Part shown: positions 39,793 through 49,597 of the stretch, one piece after another
Layout: every line of letters begins with the position of its first letter
How positions within the stretch are numbered: the stretch's first letter is position 1
Assembly (NCBI GenBank): GCA_020632575.1
Contig: JACKFH010000006.1
Span: 10,117 to 74,116 of the forward strand
From: Candidatus Omnitrophota bacterium
Lineage (GTDB): Bacteria > Hinthialibacterota > Hinthialibacteria > OLB16
DNA: 64,000 nt
Direction of reading: 5' to 3'
Notes under the pieces: model-generated
Database searches by the model: none
The model's input: the letters and a program-made list of their open reading frames with translations, nothing else
Told to the model about the DNA's origin: nothing
Position numbers and translations under genes: made by a program

Positions 39793-40724
39793 TAACGGTC
39801 ACCGCTCTCCGAGTCGTAAATGTGTCTGATTAAAGTGTAGGGTCTCTGCTTGGTCTCGACAAAGATTTTCGAAAGGTAAATGCCGATGACCCCCAAACAA
39901 AAGATGGTCAACCCTCCCAGGAACCACACGGAAACCATGACCGAAGCCCATCCCGCCACTCCGATGCTGAAAAAGAAGCGACGGATCACCAAGTATCCCG
40001 CCATAACCGCGGAGATGCACATGATGAAAAAGCCGAGATAAAAGATATAAACAAGCGGCCGATTGCTGAATGAGGTGATCGAGTTCACCAAGTGAGCCGC
40101 CTTCTTCCGGAAAGTGTAGGTGGTGCTCCCCTTGAAACCTTTCTTGATGGGAACCGCGATCTGATCGAAACCCGTGATCGCCCAGAGACCCGCAATCAGA
40201 ATTTCTCGCTCACGGAATTGAAGAAGCGAGTCGACATACCGCCGTGTCATGAGGCGAACGGTCAGGACATTCAGTGGAAGCGGATCCGAGGAAAGCGCGT
40301 TGAAAATCGTATAAAAGATCCTCCCTGTGATTCGTTCCCACACACCTCCCTTGCGGCTCTCCTGCACACCATAGACGACATCGGCGTTCGTCTCCCGCAT
40401 TCGTTCCTGGAACGCCGCGAGAAGTTCCGGCTCCTCCTCCAGATCGCAATCGATGAGAAAGACCAGATCGCCACTGGATTGGGCCAATCCGGTCATCATC
40501 GCCTTGTGGTGGCCAAAATTTCTGGAAAAGTCGACCACTTTGACTCGAGGATCGGAGCGATGAATGTCAACCGCCACCTCAAGCGAGTCGTCGGGAGAAC
40601 CGTCGTTGACAAAAACGAACTCATAGTCCTCCGTAATGGCGGTCACATTGGCCCGTGCGCGTTCATAGAACTCCTTGAGGTAAGGAGCCGAACGATACAT
40701 CGTGGTGACGATGGAGATCTTCAT
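39792..40724 (-). CDS. GT2 polyprenyl-phosphate glycosyltransferase (GtrB/ArnC/CsbB-like) with C-terminal 2-TM anchor
   Basis: MKISIVTTMYRSAPYL...FVNDGSPDDS DxD region. C-terminal TM pair. The listed upstream extension to 40946 overlaps the neighbouring gene. Confidence 0.8.
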   Translation of the reverse strand: MKISIVTTMYRSAPYLKEFYERARANVTAITEDYEFVFVNDGSPDDSLEVAVDIHRSDPRVKVVDFSRNFGHHKAMMTGLAQSSGDLVFLIDCDLEEEPELLAAFQERMRETNADVVYGVQESRKGGVWERITGRIFYTIFNALSSDPLPLNVLTVRLMTRRYVDSLLQFREREILIAGLWAITGFDQIAVPIKKGFKGSTTYTFRKKAAHLVNSITSFSNRPLVYIFYLGFFIMCISAVMAGYLVIRRFFFSIGVAGWASVMVSVWFLGGLTIFCLGVIGIYLSKIFVETKQRPYTLIRHIYDSESGDR

Positions 40725-40737
40725 GACCGGGAAATTC

Positions 40738-42438
40738 TTACCCAGAATGACCGGCAGGTGAAGGTTGGCGCTCTTTGAGGATTTCAAGGGATCGCGCGGC
40801 TCGTTCAGCCGCGCCCCAATGCCCCGGCCCCAAGACAAAGGTGAAGGGAGCGTCCTTAGAAATTTTCTTAGCGACCGCCGGTTGGAGATGATATTCCTTT
40901 TCGACCAAAGTCTCCCAATCCCCCCAAACCAGGAAGTAATCTCCATCCTGAAGGCTCCTGCGACCTATCTCCATACGATAGGTCCGACCGGGAGTCGGCC
41001 CCGTGACCGCCGCGTCAAGAGTGATCATCGTGTTGAGAACCTGCTTGGTCTTGTCACCCAGATTTTCATAATCTCCATCGACAAACTTCTCGGACTCCGG
41101 TGCGCGAAGCCATCGGAGAACTCGGCCATAGTAGATATAATCGTTGCGGAGGTAGTCCAGCCTGCCTCCATTGAGATCCATGAGAGGGACGAGGCGGATA
41201 GGAACTCCCTCCTCATCAACCTCATAGAGCACCATTCGATACCCACCGGTCGCGAGATCGTCACGATTGAATACGTTCACCGCCTCATAAGCAAATGTCC
41301 GATGAACCGCGCGCCACACCGGCTGGTTCCAAGGCCAATAGCCGTTCCAAGGATGTCCACAAATCCTGGCAAAATTCAACAAGTTGAAGATGAACCCGAT
41401 CGTGAACGCCAACGTGATCAGGCCATTGATAGGATGAGGGCCGAAGTTGGCGATCCTCTCCTCTCCCGCCTTTTTCGCGCCTCGGTCTAAAAAGGGAAAC
41501 ATGGCGGGCAGGTACCCGAAAAGGATTCCCCACATCACTAACTCATGGAGTGGAAGGTATCCCAGATTGAAAAACAGGAGACTCATCAGAAAAAAACCGA
41601 GGCCCTGGAGGAAGACAAACATCCTTCCTGGCCAGCCCAAGTACATGAATAACAACAGGAAAGTCTCGAATATGGCCTGAATATAAAGGCCTGCCCGACA
41701 CAGCGTGTGAAACAAGAGCGGATAACCATCCTTCACAGCGTTGGCGAATTGGTAATGGTCGTTCCAAAAACCTGTCGCCATGGCAACTTGAAGAACATCG
41801 CCCTGGAGCCAGAACTCATCGAAGAAGTGGAAAGCCACGGCCGAAAAATTAACTCCCCAAAAAACCATGATCCCAAAAAAACGAACTCGAGCAAAATTCT
41901 CCGGGGTGAGTCGCACTGCAAAGAAATAAAGACTCTCAATCGGTCGCTTCAGCGGAGACCAACGAGAAAGAAGAGAATCGACGCTATAGTGCTTTCCCCC
42001 TCCAAGAAGAATAAGCAGCCAAAAAACAATGATTGCCGCTTGATCGCCCAGGGTTCCAAAGAGAGGAGGGCTAATCAGAAACAGACTGGTGAAGAGAACA
42101 ATTGCGATGGGAGTCATGAATCCGATCGAGATGAGCACCCCCAGAAAAGCGCCACTCGCCATGAGCAGCCGGATCCCCTCCGGACTGCTTACAACCGCCA
42201 CACCAAAAACCACCAAAAATCGATGGGCGACAAGTATCCCCATGACGAAGCGGAAGAAATTTACATTTCGGATGATTTGTTTTTCATGAACCGGAAGCAG
42301 AAAAGGACCAAACAGGTAGTTCGAGAAATGAGACCCGATTTGGCTTTCTCCTTTTTTATGGGTCAAGGCAGCCAACAATAGGTACAACGCGAAAGCGATG
42401 AGGAGAAAAAGAGAGGGATTCAGAAATGAAAGGTCCAA
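40738..42438 (-). CDS. HTTM/LMF-like polytopic membrane protein (vitamin-K-dependent gamma-carboxylase-like fold) with C-terminal soluble domain
   Basis: TTG start. About 8-10 TM helices, then a ~200-aa hydrophilic C-terminus. The domain call rests on architecture and composition only. Confidence 0.45.
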   Translation of the reverse strand: MDLSFLNPSLFLLIAFALYLLLAALTHKKGESQIGSHFSNYLFGPFLLPVHEKQIIRNVNFFRFVMGILVAHRFLVVFGVAVVSSPEGIRLLMASGAFLGVLISIGFMTPIAIVLFTSLFLISPPLFGTLGDQAAIIVFWLLILLGGGKHYSVDSLLSRWSPLKRPIESLYFFAVRLTPENFARVRFFGIMVFWGVNFSAVAFHFFDEFWLQGDVLQVAMATGFWNDHYQFANAVKDGYPLLFHTLCRAGLYIQAIFETFLLLFMYLGWPGRMFVFLQGLGFFLMSLLFFNLGYLPLHELVMWGILFGYLPAMFPFLDRGAKKAGEERIANFGPHPINGLITLAFTIGFIFNLLNFARICGHPWNGYWPWNQPVWRAVHRTFAYEAVNVFNRDDLATGGYRMVLYEVDEEGVPIRLVPLMDLNGGRLDYLRNDYIYYGRVLRWLRAPESEKFVDGDYENLGDKTKQVLNTMITLDAAVTGPTPGRTYRMEIGRRSLQDGDYFLVWGDWETLVEKEYHLQPAVAKKISKDAPFTFVLGPGHWGAAERAARSLEILKERQPSPAGHSG

Positions 42439-42486
42439 TAGCTTCCCGCCTGCAATATTTATAAGGGCCTCATGGGTGAGACAGCC

Positions 42487-43173
42487 TCATTCCGCCCAGA
42501 TATATTTTGGAGCCTCTTCGCCCACCATGAAAAGCAAATCGAGAATGGTGACTCCATGTTCGAAAGGCTCGGAAATCTGCTCGTATGTCGGGTAATGGGA
42601 GTAGTCCATGTACTCCAGGCCGATTCCCGCCTTCTCAAATTTCTCATCGACAATGTAATCGCGGGCGGCCGGGCCGGAAAGGTAACTGTCCCCTCCGACT
42701 TCTCGAATGATACCAATCAGTTTGTCATCCTTCGACCCCGGAACGCCAAATTCCTTCGAACTTCTCAACTCGGTCCTAATTCCCAGCCAACCACAAATCC
42801 TCTCCACCAAAGTCCGATTCAATTGCGAGAGCAATTCCGGCGAGCCCTCCAGGATCTCCTTAATCGCTGGGAAATAGCGGTCGAAATGAGACGTCTTTCC
42901 GTAGCTGTGCCGAAGAGCCTCGAGGTGCTTGTTGGCCCAGTTCGAGGAATAGTCGATCTTCGCTTCACAGATCAATTGATCGCGCCCGCCCGTCACTGGA
43001 ACCGAAATCCACTTGGCGCTCCCATCCGCCATCTTGATCTTGTTCCGATTCCGCCAATCCCGCGTGGTGTATTGGACATCATCGAGAAAGACAAACGCAT
43101 CCACCCGATGGATCATGTCGAAATACCCTTTCCAGGGGAGGTAATTCGATTGAATAATGGCGACCTTTTTCAT
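42487..43173 (-). CDS. WbqC-family protein
   Basis: MKKVAIIQSNYLPWKGYFDMI is the family-typical N-terminus. Found in O-antigen-like loci. Confidence 0.8.
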   Translation of the reverse strand: MKKVAIIQSNYLPWKGYFDMIHRVDAFVFLDDVQYTTRDWRNRNKIKMADGSAKWISVPVTGGRDQLICEAKIDYSSNWANKHLEALRHSYGKTSHFDRYFPAIKEILEGSPELLSQLNRTLVERICGWLGIRTELRSSKEFGVPGSKDDKLIGIIREVGGDSYLSGPAARDYIVDEKFEKAGIGLEYMDYSHYPTYEQISEPFEHGVTILDLLFMVGEEAPKYIWAE

Positions 43174-43286
43174 AGGCTGGGGACAATAACGACCCGATTG
43201 CTGGTTCGTCAACCGCGGTAGGGCTCGTAGTCCAAGAAATAGGGCTGCATCGATTCGATCAACTCGCCGAAAATAATGGAATCGAG

Positions 43287-44369
43287 ATGAAACATGTTCC
43301 CGCGCTCGACAGTCTTCGCGGCATCGCCGTCCTGTTGGTGGTCTTCCACCATTTCAAGTGGCTTGGCATCGGCTGGATAGGCGTCCAAATCTTCTTTGTC
43401 CTCTCGGGATTCCTCATCACCTCAATTCTCTGGGAACAGAAGGATCGACGCCTCCGACATTACCTGGGGCGCTTTTACTGGAGGCGAATTCTAAGGATCT
43501 TTCCGGTTTACTACGGTTTCCTGTTCGCGGTCAGCCTCGCCTACCTCTCGGTGGGGGAACCGGTCGCCTTCGGAGATTTGGCGCCCTGGTTGTTCAGCTA
43601 CACCTACAACTTCGCCCGTTTTTTCGAACCGGAGATGACTTGGCGCTACTTCGGACACCTTTGGTCATTGGCCATCGAGGAGCAATTTTATCTGGTCTGG
43701 CCATTCGTGGTGTACTGGGTCTCCAAACGCAGTTTTCTGCGATTGTGCATTGCCTTGGTCATGGTTGCCCCCCTTTTCCGGTGGGCGGCGGGACTCTACT
43801 TCCTGGCGCATGATTATCCGCCTGTGCGGTTGGCTCAGTGCGTCTACACCCTTCCAACAACTCATCTCGACGCCTTCGCGGTGGGAGCGGCGCTTTCGGT
43901 GATGGACTCCCGAAAACTGCCCAGCCCGAGGTCGGTCTTTCTTGGAGTCTTCATCGCTTTAACGCTACTCGGCTTCTATCAGTGGGGACTTCTCGACCCC
44001 CACTCCCGAGTCGCTTCGGATTTTGGGTATCCCATCTATCTGAGCGCGAATCTTCAATACATCTGGGGGTACACACTCGTCAATCTTTTGGGAGGAGCGA
44101 TGATTCTATGCGCCGTCAGGGGGGTCGATTTATTCCCGGGGTGGAACAACCGAACGCTCAGGTTCTATGGGAAAATCTCCTACGCCCTATACGTCTGTCA
44201 TTGGCCGCTACTTGGCGCCATAGGGCGGGCGCACGCTTACAACCCCTGGAGCCTTGAGGGGCTCTGTATTTTTGTCCTCTTTTTCGCCACAGCAACCTTC
44301 ATATCCTGGTTGAGCTACCGCTACTACGAAACTTGGTTTCTGCGCCTGAAGGACCGTCACCCGTTTTGA
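43287..44369 (+). CDS. Acyltransferase family 3 (OafA/YrhL-like O-acetyltransferase), 10-TM
   Basis: N-terminal LDSLRGIAVLLVVFHH motif. Confidence 0.8.
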   Translation: MKHVPALDSLRGIAVLLVVFHHFKWLGIGWIGVQIFFVLSGFLITSILWEQKDRRLRHYLGRFYWRRILRIFPVYYGFLFAVSLAYLSVGEPVAFGDLAPWLFSYTYNFARFFEPEMTWRYFGHLWSLAIEEQFYLVWPFVVYWVSKRSFLRLCIALVMVAPLFRWAAGLYFLAHDYPPVRLAQCVYTLPTTHLDAFAVGAALSVMDSRKLPSPRSVFLGVFIALTLLGFYQWGLLDPHSRVASDFGYPIYLSANLQYIWGYTLVNLLGGAMILCAVRGVDLFPGWNNRTLRFYGKISYALYVCHWPLLGAIGRAHAYNPWSLEGLCIFVLFFATATFISWLSYRYYETWFLRLKDRHPF

Positions 44370-44956
44370 AGACACCAGAGAAGCAGATTCTTGATCTCCA
44401 TCTCTTGAATTTTCTCCAACAGATCCACCACCTCCGGCGGTTCTTTCCCACGGACCGCCTTCTCGCATCGATCCACGAAACCGAAAGCGTCCCAGCCCCC
44501 AACCTCCAATTCGCTCTTGAAAGTCTGCGAATACCCATCGCCATAATCCCGGAGCAAGAGGACGGCCGCTTCGGCGAGAGACCGATATGCCGCGTGATCC
44601 CCCACTTTCCGAAACCAGTATTTGGCATTGCCGAAATCGGGTTCGCGACGGTGCATGATGCCATGCCAGTAGGAGCCTGTCGCCGAGTGAAGGCTCTGCG
44701 ATAGCGTGTGCGAGGGTTCAAGGGCGTCGTTCCACAATAGCAATCCGCTCTGAAAGCAGAGCGCGAGTTCGAGGTCGGCTGGAACCTCGACAAAAATCTC
44801 CTCCGGCGAGGCCGCCGATATCTCAGAGGTCAGATAGGAGTCCCAGTCCGAGCTCGGCGCGAGTTCGGGTAGGGGGTCGCGATTCCCCAGTTTATCCACC
44901 CAAGCGCGGGGGCGGTCCTGGAGCGGTTTCTTGATTTCTTCAATTGGCATTTCCAT
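44357..44956 (-). CDS. Hypothetical protein (199 aa)
   Basis: Long ORF with protein-like composition, convergent with the acyltransferase gene. No recognisable family. Confidence 0.45.
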   Translation of the reverse strand: MEMPIEEIKKPLQDRPRAWVDKLGNRDPLPELAPSSDWDSYLTSEISAASPEEIFVEVPADLELALCFQSGLLLWNDALEPSHTLSQSLHSATGSYWHGIMHRREPDFGNAKYWFRKVGDHAAYRSLAEAAVLLLRDYGDGYSQTFKSELEVGGWDAFGFVDRCEKAVRGKEPPEVVDLLEKIQEMEIKNLLLWCLQNG

Positions 44957-45004
44957 TCCTTTCCTTCTCGGATTCGGGAGAGATTGTCGTGGAGGCCGCG
45001 GGAA

Positions 45005-47893
45005 TCACTGGGAGGTATTCAACATCTGCTCCACTTTTTCAAGCAGTTGACGACTCCTGTAAGGCTTGGGGAGGAATTCGATCTCTTTCTTTTTGATTTT
45101 TTCGTCGAGAGAAGATTTCGGGGCGTAACCACTGGAAAGCAAGATGGGAAAATCGGGACGAATCTTCGCAATTTCCTGAACCAACTCCTCTCCCCCCATC
45201 ACCGGCATCAAAACATCGACGATCGCCAAGGAGAACGAATCGGGGTCCGCCTTAAACTTATCGAGCGCCGCTTCGCCATCGGCGGCGGAGACCACTTGGT
45301 ATCCCGTCGATTCGAGCACCGTGGTCGCCAGCTCCCGCACCAACGGTTCGTCATCCACCACAAGAATCAGCTGATTCTGGCGAGACTCATTCGAGGCGCC
45401 CTCCGCACCAGAATCCTCCCGAGAGGTCGTACCAAGCGGGAGACCAACCCGAAAAATCGACCCTCGCCCCTTCCGGGAATCCAATTGGAGCCAACCCCCA
45501 TGGTCGACAATCACTCGGCAAACCATCGCGAGCCCCAAACCACTCCCTTTTCCAACCGATTTTGTCGTAAAGAAGGGTTTGAATATCTCGTCACGGATCG
45601 AGTCGTCGACACCCGGGCCGTTGTCCTCCACCTCCAACACAATCCAGTTGGCGCTGGAATCCCCTGAGGCGTTGACCACGGTTTGAGAAGGAACTTCTTT
45701 GGCCCGATCGACACGGAGGGCAATCTGTCCGTCTTCGCCAAGGACATCCCGAGCGTTCAGACAGAGATTAAGCACCACCTGTTGGATGGCGGTTGGGGCC
45801 ATCCAGACCTCCATCGACTCCTCGGGAAGGGAAACCTCGAACTTGACTCCCACCGGCATCGAGGGATGGACAAGCTCGTAACAATCCTCGAGCACCTGCC
45901 GAATCCCAGCGAGGACCTTCTGTTCGGTCGATCCCTTCGCGAAATCGAGGAGTTTGCGAGTTAGCTGGCTGGCCTGCTCCGCCGTCGATTCGATCACCTC
46001 CGCGTACCGGGTGTTCTTATCCTCATCCGCCAGCTGGCTCCGGAGAAAACTCGAATACCCCAGAATGGCTCCGATCAGATTGTTGAAATCGTGGGCGATC
46101 CCCCCCGCCAACACCCCAACCGATTCGAGCTTCTGCGCCCTCATGAGCTGATCGCGAAGTTCGACCATCTTTCGAATGTCCTCGACCACAAAGACCAAGC
46201 CTCGCTTCGTTCCTTCGGTGTTCGGGTAGGGATGGAGAATCTGTCTAGTGATCACACTCTCTCCGGATTTGGTCCGTATATCGATCTCCCCGCTCCAATC
46301 GTCCAGAGACTTCAAGGATTTCAGAAACCCCTCCGCATCTGGACAATCATCCAAGGGATAGAAATTAGAAATGTGCTTGCCAACCGCGTCACCGGCGCTC
46401 CAGCCGAATAATTGTTCGGAGGCGTCGTTCCAGGTGTCCACATGCCCGTTCTCGTCGACCGAGAAGATCGACACCGGCACTGACTCCAGGATCGACCTCA
46501 GGTGAATCTCCGAGTGCCGAATGCGCTCAACGAGAAACGATTTCTCGAGAGCCGTGGCGCCGGCCAAGGTGAGCGAGTCCAAAAGATCCTCGTCGTGACG
46601 ACGAAACGCCCTCGGATCGTCGAAAGAGACCAAGATGAGAAAACCGACCTGCGCCTGCTGCGAAACCAGCGGATGGACTAGCGTCGACCGCACGGCCTTC
46701 GGTCTTATCGACTCCTCCCAAATGGTCATGGCTTCGGAAGAAAGGCTTCCCTCCCCCTCCATGGTGAGATGGCGCCAGAGGATTTCCGAGGAGACGCCCG
46801 GCAACCCCTCCCCCTGCTTCAACGAAATCTCCGCGATTCTGTCCGGACGAGGAAACCCGATCGTGGCCTGAGCCTTGAGCCGATTCAGAGTCGAATTGAA
46901 CAACAGAATCACTCCCGCCTCGGCCTCTGGAACGACTTCCATCGCCCCATCAAGCAGCGAAAAACAGAGCGGCTCCCGCTCCAATAAACGGTTGAAATCC
47001 CGGGCGCGTTTTTCGAGGAAGGACAGGTCACGGAGGGTGCCCTTCAATTGTCTCTGCAGATTCCGATTCTCGATTTCGAGATTCCATTCGGGAGTGACAT
47101 CTTTGCAGACCGCGAGGATCGCCCCCTCCGATGGGTAGTCGATCGGGATGTACGTCACCTTCAGTTCGCGCCGAAGATTGTCAGCGAATTGCCAGGTTTG
47201 GTCGATCGATTTGGTGGGATATCGAATCGTGGCGGAACCATCCTCCCAAGGTTTCCCCTCACCCGCCAACTCATGACATAGGTCGTAAACGGAGATCGTT
47301 TCGATTTCAGGGTCGATTCCCCCCAGCAACTCCAACAAAGAGGGATTCCCCACAAGAAGTCGACCGCATTCCGGGTCGAAGATGAGAACCATGTCCGAAA
47401 CGTTTTCCAAGAGCGATCGCGCCAGCTCCTCCGCGAAATTCGATCGGCTTTCCGCCTGGCTAATCCGTTGCACTTGCTCGTCTTGATCATCGGAGGTCGG
47501 ATCCGGCCCCCTTTCATCGGTGGCTATCGAATCGTCCCTCTCCTCGCCTTCCACGGTAGGTTTCTCGCTCTCGATATTCAGCAATGCGTCGAGTCGGGAG
47601 AGTTTTAAGATCTTGATGATGCTGGAGGGGACCGAACGAAGGGTCAGGACCCTTCCCTGCGCTTTGTATTCGTTGTGCTTGCCCACAAGGAGCGCGATGT
47701 TTGGAGTGTCTATGTGGACGAGATTCTCGCAGTCAATGGTTAGATGCCTGGAGGAGGCCTGATCCACTGTTGAAAAAGCCCGCTCCAAATCTTCCATGTT
47801 CTTCTGATTGAAGAAACCGGAGATTTTGACCACGGATTCCTCGGGATCGATCTTCGGGATTTCCAGATTCTTACGGGTCTGTTTCTCGTCCAT
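45005..47893 (-). CDS. Hybrid histidine kinase with N-terminal STAS domain, PAS-GAF-PAS sensory region, HisKA/HATPase and C-terminal receiver
   Basis: STAS-like N-terminus. H-box AHDFNNLIGAILGY. G-boxes. Receiver LILVVDDEPLVREL...D. Confidence 0.85.
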   Translation of the reverse strand: MDEKQTRKNLEIPKIDPEESVVKISGFFNQKNMEDLERAFSTVDQASSRHLTIDCENLVHIDTPNIALLVGKHNEYKAQGRVLTLRSVPSSIIKILKLSRLDALLNIESEKPTVEGEERDDSIATDERGPDPTSDDQDEQVQRISQAESRSNFAEELARSLLENVSDMVLIFDPECGRLLVGNPSLLELLGGIDPEIETISVYDLCHELAGEGKPWEDGSATIRYPTKSIDQTWQFADNLRRELKVTYIPIDYPSEGAILAVCKDVTPEWNLEIENRNLQRQLKGTLRDLSFLEKRARDFNRLLEREPLCFSLLDGAMEVVPEAEAGVILLFNSTLNRLKAQATIGFPRPDRIAEISLKQGEGLPGVSSEILWRHLTMEGEGSLSSEAMTIWEESIRPKAVRSTLVHPLVSQQAQVGFLILVSFDDPRAFRRHDEDLLDSLTLAGATALEKSFLVERIRHSEIHLRSILESVPVSIFSVDENGHVDTWNDASEQLFGWSAGDAVGKHISNFYPLDDCPDAEGFLKSLKSLDDWSGEIDIRTKSGESVITRQILHPYPNTEGTKRGLVFVVEDIRKMVELRDQLMRAQKLESVGVLAGGIAHDFNNLIGAILGYSSFLRSQLADEDKNTRYAEVIESTAEQASQLTRKLLDFAKGSTEQKVLAGIRQVLEDCYELVHPSMPVGVKFEVSLPEESMEVWMAPTAIQQVVLNLCLNARDVLGEDGQIALRVDRAKEVPSQTVVNASGDSSANWIVLEVEDNGPGVDDSIRDEIFKPFFTTKSVGKGSGLGLAMVCRVIVDHGGWLQLDSRKGRGSIFRVGLPLGTTSREDSGAEGASNESRQNQLILVVDDEPLVRELATTVLESTGYQVVSAADGEAALDKFKADPDSFSLAIVDVLMPVMGGEELVQEIAKIRPDFPILLSSGYAPKSSLDEKIKKKEIEFLPKPYRSRQLLEKVEQMLNTSQ

Positions 47894-47944
47894 GTTTCTC
47901 GATGATAAACTTGACCGAGGGATTTAGGGAGGGTGTGGAACTCA

Positions 47945-49447
47945 TTATTCCAATTTCTTTTCACCCTCTCGAGCGGATTCAATGGCGTCAATAAGCAGAT
48001 TGGCGTTCTTGAGGAAGGTGGCGGTTCTTATTCCGCGAAACTTCTCCGGAGGGTTGTTCATATAGTCCACCGTATTTGGAAAAGTCAAATCCTCCACCCA
48101 AGCTCCCCTCTCGTCCAAACTGGAGATGACACCCTCAACACTCTCTAACGCCACCATTGGGGAGCTCGGAGCGCTTTCAATCTCCCGCTTCGCTCGGGCA
48201 ATCTCCGATTGTCCCATCTTGGTCAAGCCTTGATAACGCTCCCACATCGCCTTCGTGTTCAGATTGAAAGTGTACCCATATCCTCTCAGAAGGTTTTCCG
48301 GGTTGTGGTCGTTCCAGTATCGACCGGTCTCTTTGGTTGTCCCCTCACGATGACCGTAAATTGGCTGATTCGTTCCAATCTCGATGAAAGTGGCGTGGGT
48401 GTGGCCCTCCGTCGAGTGACTTTTGGGAATGACCGATGCCTCCAACCATTCGATGGCGGGTGGTATCGCATCCAAATAACGTCGGTCTCCCGTCTCCAGA
48501 AAAAAATCTCCCAACGCGCTAAGGTTGTGCACTGTATCCAAAGTGGAGAGGGCGACAGGCTCATACGAACGCGCGGCGGCGGGCTTGAGGTCGAGACCGT
48601 ATTGCTGAGCCCACCCCGCCTGGGGGCTCGGCAGTTGCGAAAGGAGGACAAAATCCATCCCACGTACTGCCGAACGACGGTAGCGATCATCTCCCAACGC
48701 CCGGTAAGCCTCCAAAAGAAATCGGATGTTTCCGAGAATGACATCGTCATTGAAGGTGTAGTACTCCGTGTAGTCGATATCCCCATCTGTCAGCTCTTCG
48801 GGATCGAGTGGATATCTTTGAGGCCAAGCCCCATTTGGATATTGCGATTGGAGAAAGAAATCGAGCGCCTTCAACAAAACTTCCTTGTAGACCGGCTCGC
48901 TGGTCTCTTGGTATAGGTGGAGCAGGAAGCGAGTCGCGTCGACTGTCACACTGTCATCGAAGGTGCAGTTCCCATAGTTGTGATAAAACTCCTCCCACCC
49001 CCAACATCGGAAACCGACCTCCTCATACCACTCCTCGGTTCGATCCGGTTCGAAGTCGATAAAGTAGTGCCAACCGCCGGAAGGGTGCTGCCCGTAGATG
49101 AGCGCTGAGGCGACTTTCTCCGCGGCCCCGAGGTAAAATTTGTCCCCGGTAACCCGATAGGCGCGGAGCATCGCCTCGCCGACACCGACCGTCGCGGGAT
49201 CCTGCACCCAAATCATCGTCTCTCTGGCCGGCAGTTCTCCCCAGCGCCGGGAAAGGTCTTCGCTGTAAATCATGACGAACCCGCCTCGGTAGGCCACTTT
49301 GTCCATCATGAAATGGCAACTTCGATCAAGGGCCTCCCGCAGCTTTGTATCGGGATCCATCGCAAATGACGCAGTCCAACATAGAAAAAGTTGGGCGCCA
49401 ATAACGATCCACTGTCTTCTGAATAGGCCGGTTCGTTTGTCCGTCAC
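47945..49447 (-). CDS. Pectate lyase, PL10 (PelA/Pel-15E) family, secreted
   Basis: GTG start with a GGGGGA RBS. QYPNGAWPQRYPL and YTFNDDVILGNIRFLLEAY match conserved PL10 blocks. Confidence 0.7.
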   Translation of the reverse strand: MTDKRTGLFRRQWIVIGAQLFLCWTASFAMDPDTKLREALDRSCHFMMDKVAYRGGFVMIYSEDLSRRWGELPARETMIWVQDPATVGVGEAMLRAYRVTGDKFYLGAAEKVASALIYGQHPSGGWHYFIDFEPDRTEEWYEEVGFRCWGWEEFYHNYGNCTFDDSVTVDATRFLLHLYQETSEPVYKEVLLKALDFFLQSQYPNGAWPQRYPLDPEELTDGDIDYTEYYTFNDDVILGNIRFLLEAYRALGDDRYRRSAVRGMDFVLLSQLPSPQAGWAQQYGLDLKPAAARSYEPVALSTLDTVHNLSALGDFFLETGDRRYLDAIPPAIEWLEASVIPKSHSTEGHTHATFIEIGTNQPIYGHREGTTKETGRYWNDHNPENLLRGYGYTFNLNTKAMWERYQGLTKMGQSEIARAKREIESAPSSPMVALESVEGVISSLDERGAWVEDLTFPNTVDYMNNPPEKFRGIRTATFLKNANLLIDAIESAREGEKKLE

Positions 49448-49540
49448 AGTAATCCCCCGAGGAAATGATAGGCGTGTGTGGGAAAATTAAAATGGGGGGT
49501 GCAAAACGCTTGGGAGCCAGGGTTGCCCCCGAAATGGCAT

Positions 49541-49569
49541 AAAAAAAACGGCCGCCAATTTGGCGGCCG
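49541..49569 (-). terminator. Rho-independent terminator of the secretin gene
   Basis: GC stem cggccgcc...ggcggccg (49549-49569). On the minus strand it is followed by U8 (plus-strand A8 49541-49548). It lies 29 nt after the stop at 49598. Confidence 0.8.
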
Positions 49570-49597
49570 TCATCCAATTTCTTTTTGTTTCGTTGAA

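Noticed and set aside
39792-40946. Listed 384-aa extent of the GT2 ORF
   Set aside because: The upstream 74 codons overlap the 3' end of the HTTM-like gene and encode Arg/Ser-rich sequence. The conserved GT2 N-terminus begins at ATG 40724.
42472-43221. 249-aa plus ORF
   Set aside because: It is antisense to the WbqC-family gene, which has a highly diagnostic N-terminus.
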